Positions 58,034 through 64,000 of a stretch of 64,000 nt of DNA are shown here, piece after piece. Each line of letters opens with the position of its first letter. Positions within the stretch are counted from its first letter, which is position 1. A program made the translations under genes and the position numbers. Under the pieces are notes generated by a model that was given only the letters and a program-made list of their open reading frames with translations, was not told the DNA's origin and made no database searches. This stretch comes from Burkholderiales bacterium (GTDB lineage: Bacteria > Bacillota > Clostridia > Christensenellales > SZUA-584), in the NCBI GenBank assembly GCA_050260375.1, contig JBLNCA010000037.1:229527-293526 (forward strand), read 5' to 3'.

Positions 58034-59414
58034 AGTAAAGCTTTGGACTGCGTTTATCGGTATAGCGCTTTTCCTGTATCTCACGATAAGCGTACTTGCC
58101 AACGTGGTTTTAGACAGGCAGTTTAAAGAATACACGATAAACAAGCTGGACCAAAAGATTAATGATACGGTGGCACTGATAAGCGAGAGATACGAAAGAT
58201 CGGGAGGATGGAACGCGGCGGAGCTCGAAAACATAGGCGTCAACGCTTTGGAAGAAGGCTTGATGGTACGCGTAACCGACAACAACAGCGAGGTAATATG
58301 GGACGCCAGGAAACATAACAACGGCTTGTGCATTGCTATATTGAAGAACATGTCGGAAAACATGCAGTCGTATAATACCGGATTTCAGGGCGGCTATGAG
58401 GAAAGGGAATATGCCGTCGACGTCGGCGGCGTTACGGTCGGCAGGGTAGCTGTCGGGTATTACGGCCCGTATTTTTACAGCGACCTCGATATTCAGTATC
58501 TGGGGGCGCTTAACAGCCTGCTGCTTTGGGCTGCGCTGGGCTCGCTCGCAGTATGCCTTGTGTTTGGCGCGTACATGGCGAAGCGGCTTACCAGCCCGAT
58601 AGCGAGGGTAGTAAAAGCCACCGGCGGGATAGCAAAGGGCGATTTTAACGACCGGATTGACGAGAAATCAACCACGAAGGAGATAATAGAGCTTACCGAT
58701 TCCGTAAACACTCTGGCGCAGACTCTGGGCAAACAGGAGGCATTGAGAAAAAGGCTGACTGCCGACGTCGCCCACGAGCTCAGAACCCCGCTCGCTACGC
58801 TGCAAAGCCATGTGGAAGCGTTTATAGACGGCGTTTGGGAGCCCGATGAAGCGCGGCTAAAGAGCTTCCACGAAGAAATACTGAGATTATCGAAGCTGGT
58901 GGGCGAACTGGAGACGCTCTCGCGCTATGAAGGAGATAACCTCGTTCTTAATGCGGAGACGTTCGACCTGGCAGCGCTTGTCCGCGGAATCGCCGATAAT
59001 TTTGCAGGCGAGTTCAGCAAAAAAGGGATAGAAGTAATACTCGACGCCGAAGAGCAATATATCGAAGCCGACAGGGATAAAATAAGCCAGGTGTTTATCA
59101 ATCTGCTTTCCAACGCGCTGAAATACACAGGAAGTAGCGGAAGGGTGGAAATAAAGGTAAGCGGAACGCACGATGCCGCAAAAGTACAAATACGCGACAC
59201 GGGAGCCGGAATATCCCCCGAAGACCTGCCGCATATATTCGAGCGCTTTTACAGGACCGACAAATCAAGAAACAGGGATACTGGCGGAGCCGGCATAGGG
59301 CTTACCATAGCAAAGTCCATCGTTGAGGCACATAAAGGCAGTATTGCAGTGGAAAGCGAACCGGGCAAGGGCAGCGCATTCTTCGTGACTTTGCCAAAAA
59401 CAAACATAAGTTAA
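58017..59414 (+). CDS. HAMP sensor histidine kinase (BaeS-like)
   Basis: Two TM segments, HELRTPL, NLLSNALKY, DTGAGI, GAGIGL. Confidence 0.92.
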   Translation: MKTSLRVKLWTAFIGIALFLYLTISVLANVVLDRQFKEYTINKLDQKINDTVALISERYERSGGWNAAELENIGVNALEEGLMVRVTDNNSEVIWDARKHNNGLCIAILKNMSENMQSYNTGFQGGYEEREYAVDVGGVTVGRVAVGYYGPYFYSDLDIQYLGALNSLLLWAALGSLAVCLVFGAYMAKRLTSPIARVVKATGGIAKGDFNDRIDEKSTTKEIIELTDSVNTLAQTLGKQEALRKRLTADVAHELRTPLATLQSHVEAFIDGVWEPDEARLKSFHEEILRLSKLVGELETLSRYEGDNLVLNAETFDLAALVRGIADNFAGEFSKKGIEVILDAEEQYIEADRDKISQVFINLLSNALKYTGSSGRVEIKVSGTHDAAKVQIRDTGAGISPEDLPHIFERFYRTDKSRNRDTGGAGIGLTIAKSIVEAHKGSIAVESEPGKGSAFFVTLPKTNIS

Positions 59415-59482
59415 TTAATCATCTTCATAATATCTTCATCAGCGAGTGATAGCATAAAAAAAACAAATAGTGAAGGGGATAG

Positions 59483-60033
59483 TATGAAAGCGTAAAACAA
59501 TAAATCAAAGTCGAAAAAGTCTAAAGCGGGCGTTATCGCCGTTGCGTGTCTGGCGGCAGCGGCATTGATATCGGGAATTATACTCTTAAGCACTGCCGGC
59601 GCTAACCCTGAAAAACAGGCGGTCAAAGATACGGCAGCCTCAGCGAGCGCAACGGAGCCGTAGTATTGGTACGGGATCGTTATTGACAAGAGCAAAATAA
59701 CGGAACAAGCGGAGTTCTATACCTATAAGGCAGGCGATATCGAAAATGGAGGTGCTTGCCGTAAAAGCTCCGGACGGAACCATACGCACAGCGATGAATA
59801 CCTGCAAGATTTGCTACGACTCGGGCGCGGGGTACTACGTGCAGGAAGGCGATGAACTCGTCTGTCAAAACTGCGGCAACAGGTTCGAGATAAGCAAGAT
59901 AGAGAAGCAGAAGAACGGGTGCAACCCGGTGCCGATAACCGGCGACTATAAAACCGAAGACGATAGTACAATCAAGATGTCGGGAGAGCTTTTGGACGCA
60001 AACAAGGAGCTGTTTGCAAATTGGAAAAGATAA
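59483..60033 (+). pseudogene. DUF2318-like Fe-S membrane protein, disrupted
   Basis: ATG AAA GCG TAA at the start and further disruptions; intact C-terminus NTCKIC...VCQNCG...GCNPVP. Confidence 0.7.
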
Positions 60034-60162
60034 TGTATTGCGGCGCTGATGACGGCGCTGCCAACGCCAATGTGATTGTCTGTTATGGTGGCTGATTCTA
60101 ATGAGGAAAATTTAGAAGTATATTGACAACGTTGATAATGTATGATATATCAAAACTATGGT

Positions 60163-60189
60163 TTAGCACTCAACCGTATCGAGTGCTAA
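60163..60189. promoter_or_regulatory. CIRCE element (HrcA operator)
   Basis: Exact TTAGCACTC-N9-GAGTGCTAA; TTGACA at 60123-60128 upstream. Confidence 0.92.
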
Positions 60190-60474
60190 TAACGACAAAT
60201 AAATAGTATGTGTTAATGTGCAGCGCTATATCTATACAGGAAGAGCGAGGAATAGAAAGCCTTGGCATTTTCGGGCGGTATATGTATTTGCAAAGCCTTT
60301 ATCACATCTGTTAAGCTAAATCGATATTTTAACAAGCTATAAATATTTCTGCTTTTGGCGCTGTATATTAATATATGGCGTTTTTTTGACGCTTTAATCA
60401 TTCGGTTTTATAATGCTACACATTTTACTCTGAAATTAGAAATTAAAAATAATTTTTAAGAACGGGGTGAAAAT

Positions 60475-62352
60475 ATGCAAGCATTAATCTTAGCGGCGGG
60501 AATGGGAAAAAGACTGAAAGAGTTGACTAAAGATTCAGCCAAATGCATGGTTAAAGTAAACGGCAGAACTTTAATTGAAAGGATGCTTTCTCAACTTGAC
60601 AGACTGAAACTGACGAGAATCATAATTGTCACAGGATACAAATCAAAGGAACTTATTTCGTATATAGGCGCTCTTAATATAAAAACGCCGATAACTTTTG
60701 TAAATAATAAGATTTATTCTAAAACGAACAACATATATTCATTGTACATGGCGCGGGATTATCTGGTAAAGGACGACACGCTGCTGCTGGAGTCGGATCT
60801 GATACTTGAAGACGGCGTTATAGTAAAGCTCGTCAACAATACCTATCCGAATATTGCACTGGTAGCCAAGTATGAGAATTGGATGGATGGTACAGTTGTC
60901 ACTATAGACGGCCAAAACAATATAACGAATTTTGTCGAAAAGAAGGAGTTTGACTACGGCAGTATCGGGCAATACTATAAAACCGTAAATATATATAAAT
61001 TCAGCAAACAGTTTTCACAACTGTATTACGTTCCTTTCTTAAAAGCGTATATCGATTCGCAGGGCAGCAATGAATATTACGAGCAGGTGCTCAAAGTGTT
61101 GGGGGTAATCAAAAAGGCCCCGATAAAGGCCGAGGTGCTTGAAGATGAAGCGTGGTATGAAATTGACGACGCGCAGGATTTGGATATAGCGGAGTCAATT
61201 TTTTCCGAAGAAAGGTTTGCCAGAATACAGAAAAGATACGGCGGGTACTGGAGATATCCAAAGCTTATTGATTTCTGCTATCTGGTCAATCCCTTTTATC
61301 CTCCAAGGAAAATGATTGACGAAATTAAAACCAGCATCGGACGGCTGATTTGCAGCTATCCGTCCGGGATAGAAGTAAACAGCCTCGTGGCGGCAAAAAA
61401 CTTCGGCATTAAAAAAGAACACATTTGTCCGGGCAACGGCGCGGCAGAACTCATCAATTCGCTGATGAAGACAATAAACGGCGACGTCGGTATAGTTTTC
61501 CCGACTTTTGAGGAATATCCTAATCGCCTCAACAAAAACTCCATCGTGCCGTATTACCCCAAGGACAGGAACTTTTCATACAATAGCGCGGAACTGATGG
61601 ATTATTACGGCAGATTTAATATTAAAGCCCTTATACTTGTCAACCCAGACAACCCTTCGGGAAACTTCATTGAAAGGGACGAAGTGCTGCGGCTGGCGGC
61701 GTGGGCGGAACAAAAAGGCGTCAGAATGATAGTGGATGAGTCGTTCGTGGATTTCGCTGACGCGCCGGAGCCTCAAACGCTTCTTTCCGAAACGATACTG
61801 CAGAAATATAAGCGCCTTGTCGTTGTTAAAAGCATCTCAAAATCGTTTGGGGTGCCCGGGCTGCGCCTCGGAGTTGTCGGGAGCGCCGATGAGGAATTGA
61901 TAAGCTTTATCAAAAAAGACATATCGATTTGGAATATAAACTCGATAGCTGAATTCTACCTGCAGATATATGAAAAATACAGCAAAGAGTACAGTTCGGC
62001 TATTGAGCAGTTTAAGCTCTTAAGAGAAGAATTCGTGGCGATGTTAAAAAACATACCAAACTTAAGGGTTATCCCTACACAGGCCAACTTTGTAATGTGC
62101 GAAGTATTGGGCGGCTATTCGGCGAAAAACCTGTCTGAAACGCTGCTTTGCGAACACAATATACTTATAAAAGATTTGTCGGGTAAGAAAGGAATAACCG
62201 GCCAATATATACGGGTTGCAGTAAAAACAAGCGAGGAAAACAGCCTGCTGCTTAATGCGCTTCATAATGCGCTCAGGGCAAACAGAGCAAAAACGCTTTA
62301 TCTGAAGTTTAGAGAGCAGGGGGATTTTATATATGAGCAGAAGAGAAATTAA
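60475..62352 (+). CDS. LicC-like nucleotidyltransferase fused to class I/II PLP enzyme (HisC/CobD-like)
   Basis: LAAGMGKRL, ESD, WYEIDDAQD; NPDNPSG, DESF, KSISKSFGVPGLRLG. Confidence 0.85.
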   Translation: MQALILAAGMGKRLKELTKDSAKCMVKVNGRTLIERMLSQLDRLKLTRIIIVTGYKSKELISYIGALNIKTPITFVNNKIYSKTNNIYSLYMARDYLVKDDTLLLESDLILEDGVIVKLVNNTYPNIALVAKYENWMDGTVVTIDGQNNITNFVEKKEFDYGSIGQYYKTVNIYKFSKQFSQLYYVPFLKAYIDSQGSNEYYEQVLKVLGVIKKAPIKAEVLEDEAWYEIDDAQDLDIAESIFSEERFARIQKRYGGYWRYPKLIDFCYLVNPFYPPRKMIDEIKTSIGRLICSYPSGIEVNSLVAAKNFGIKKEHICPGNGAAELINSLMKTINGDVGIVFPTFEEYPNRLNKNSIVPYYPKDRNFSYNSAELMDYYGRFNIKALILVNPDNPSGNFIERDEVLRLAAWAEQKGVRMIVDESFVDFADAPEPQTLLSETILQKYKRLVVVKSISKSFGVPGLRLGVVGSADEELISFIKKDISIWNINSIAEFYLQIYEKYSKEYSSAIEQFKLLREEFVAMLKNIPNLRVIPTQANFVMCEVLGGYSAKNLSETLLCEHNILIKDLSGKKGITGQYIRVAVKTSEENSLLLNALHNALRANRAKTLYLKFREQGDFIYEQKRN

Positions 62353-62992
62353 TAATAGCTCAGAATATACAATGCTCTGTTTTCTTAAAGACCCGTCAAA
62401 TATCTGCTCTTTAGCGGGCCTTTTAAGCTCCTTTACCGGCATATACTTCTCTGTCACAGGAAAACACCTTTATGCACTGATCGGGGTTCTCTGGTCAGTG
62501 CTGTTTGACTGGGCAGACGGGATAATAGCCCGCAAACTAAAAAACCGTACCGATTATCATAAGGCTGTCGGCGCGCAGCTTGACTCGCTTATAGATATCG
62601 TAAGCTTCAGCGTTTTTCCGGCAATCTTTTTGTTAAGCTACGGAAAGTTCAGCCCGGTTTTTCTGCCGGGCGCGTTTCTTATTGTGGGCGGGGGCGCTTT
62701 AAGGCTTAGTTATTTCAACGTCTTTGGAATGATAGACAATGACACGTACAAAGGCTTGGCTCTTGACAACAACATAATAATACTGTCCTTTCTGTTCATA
62801 TTTGAAAGATACTTTCCGCATCAGGTGTTTTCCATCATTATTTACGCCGTCATGGTGATGCTGCTTATCTTTAATCTGGCGCCCATTCGCACGCGTAAAT
62901 TCGGCACTAAATGGTTTTACATACTTGTTGCATATACCGTAATTATGTCGGTTTATTTTGCTTGCCTACAATCCGCATCCCAAAAAGCCTAG
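62333..62992 (+). CDS. CDP-alcohol phosphatidyltransferase
   Basis: DWADGIIAR...GAQLDSLID signature. Confidence 0.88.
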   Translation: MSRREINNSSEYTMLCFLKDPSNICSLAGLLSSFTGIYFSVTGKHLYALIGVLWSVLFDWADGIIARKLKNRTDYHKAVGAQLDSLIDIVSFSVFPAIFLLSYGKFSPVFLPGAFLIVGGGALRLSYFNVFGMIDNDTYKGLALDNNIIILSFLFIFERYFPHQVFSIIIYAVMVMLLIFNLAPIRTRKFGTKWFYILVAYTVIMSVYFACLQSASQKA

Positions 62993-63208
62993 CAGCTTGC
63001 CGAGGATTCCGTATAAAACATAACTGTGCGGCGGGCGCGCAGTTATGACTTTCCAAAGCCTTAATTTTAATTGAGGGGTAATTTAAAATTACTTCACTTT
63101 TATGATAATAATTTTTTCAGTAGGCAGGAATATTTTCATCGATGTCGAATATGCAATATTAAACAATAATTATTATTTCCCGTGGAATGAAAAAGTTTGG
63201 AAAACACA

Positions 63209-64000
63209 ATGGAAAACGCGACGATAAGCGAGATAAACACGATAATACGGATAGCCAAAAAATACTATGAACTGGGCATGTCCCAGGAGCAGATAGCTGC
63301 GGATGAAGAGACGTCCATATCCACTGTATCGCGCATAATTAAAAAAGCCGAGACTCTCGGCTATGTCAAGCACGAAATAATATATCCGGTACGGTCCCTT
63401 AAATTGCAGGAAGAGCTATTAAAAAAGCACTTCGATATCGAACATGTGTTCGTAGCGCCTTGTTATGTCAATAACGCAAGCTTATGCATGACCGACACGT
63501 GCAGGATGCTGGCTGAGGATTTAAGCAGGATTGTATCCGACAACGATATAATAAGCGTTTCATGGGGCAGGACCATAGAACATCTTTCTTCGCTGCTGGT
63601 GCCGCCGGCAACGAAGAAAAAAGATATAAAGATAGTGCAGCTTAACGGCTCCATCGCCACCAGCGTGTTGTCTACAAAAACGGCAGGCCTGCTTGAGAAA
63701 TTTACCCAAGCCTATTCGGGCGTGGGTTACATGATAGCCGCTCCGGCGTTTGTGGACGATGAAAGAATCGCGAAAGAAATAAAGAGGGATTCGCGAATAA
63801 GGCTGGTGCTTGAGCTGGCAAGAGAAGCTAACATAGCCGTTTTCAGCATAGGGCAGACGTCGGAGCATTCGGTGCTGGTCGAGCGCGCTACGCTTACGGT
63901 GGAAAACATAAAGGCGCTGCGCGACGCCGGGGCTGTCGGCGACATATGCACAAGGTTTTTCGACATAAGAGGCAACCTTGTGGACAACGGCTACAACGCG
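63209..64000 (+). CDS. SorC/DeoR sugar-binding transcriptional regulator (truncated by window edge; absent from ORF track)
   Basis: My translation: IAKKYYELGMSQEQIA..SISTVSRIIKKA; SVSWGRT; GAVGDIC. Confidence 0.85.
   Translation, partial: MENATISEINTIIRIAKKYYELGMSQEQIAADEETSISTVSRIIKKAETLGYVKHEIIYPVRSLKLQEELLKKHFDIEHVFVAPCYVNNASLCMTDTCRMLAEDLSRIVSDNDIISVSWGRTIEHLSSLLVPPATKKKDIKIVQLNGSIATSVLSTKTAGLLEKFTQAYSGVGYMIAAPAFVDDERIAKEIKRDSRIRLVLELAREANIAVFSIGQTSEHSVLVERATLTVENIKALRDAGAVGDICTRFFDIRGNLVDNGYNA

Noticed and set aside
1-64000. tRNA, rRNA, integrase, transposase or reverse transcriptase (DGR/retron)
   Set aside because: None recognised by eye; tRNAscan-SE and HMM scans would be needed to exclude them formally

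Overview
Clostridia-like (Bacillota) genomic island with three parts. (1) 1-28230: most of an HK97-like siphovirus prophage on the minus strand (tail, head, packaging, two ParB-fused DNA methyltransferases plus MetK, family-A DNA polymerase, primase-helicase, SNF2 helicase, sigma-70 region 4 protein). The lysis and integration modules would lie left of the window. (2) 28290-45200: a plus-strand defence block behind a consensus sigma-A promoter. It holds a Lamassu/ABC-three-component system whose effector has an XRE-HTH-like N-terminus and sits where a CI repressor is expected. It also holds a type 4 BREX-like cluster with no methyltransferase (PAPS reductase-ferredoxin-DUF4007 fusion, large ATPase, PglZ, small Cys-rich protein, protease-less BrxL, dedicated cysteine desulfurase), pointing to DNA phosphorothioation. 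At 45246-46308, several degenerate copies of the rlmD/rumA 3' end look like attachment-site scars and suggest both defence systems are prophage cargo. (3) 45500-64000: mixed accessory genes (two candidate nucleases, Hsp20, ECF sigma/ABC operon, hemerythrin, a decayed two-component regulon, an orphan CIRCE element ahead of a putative lipid head-group operon). All calls come from reading motifs by eye; no database search or folding program was run.
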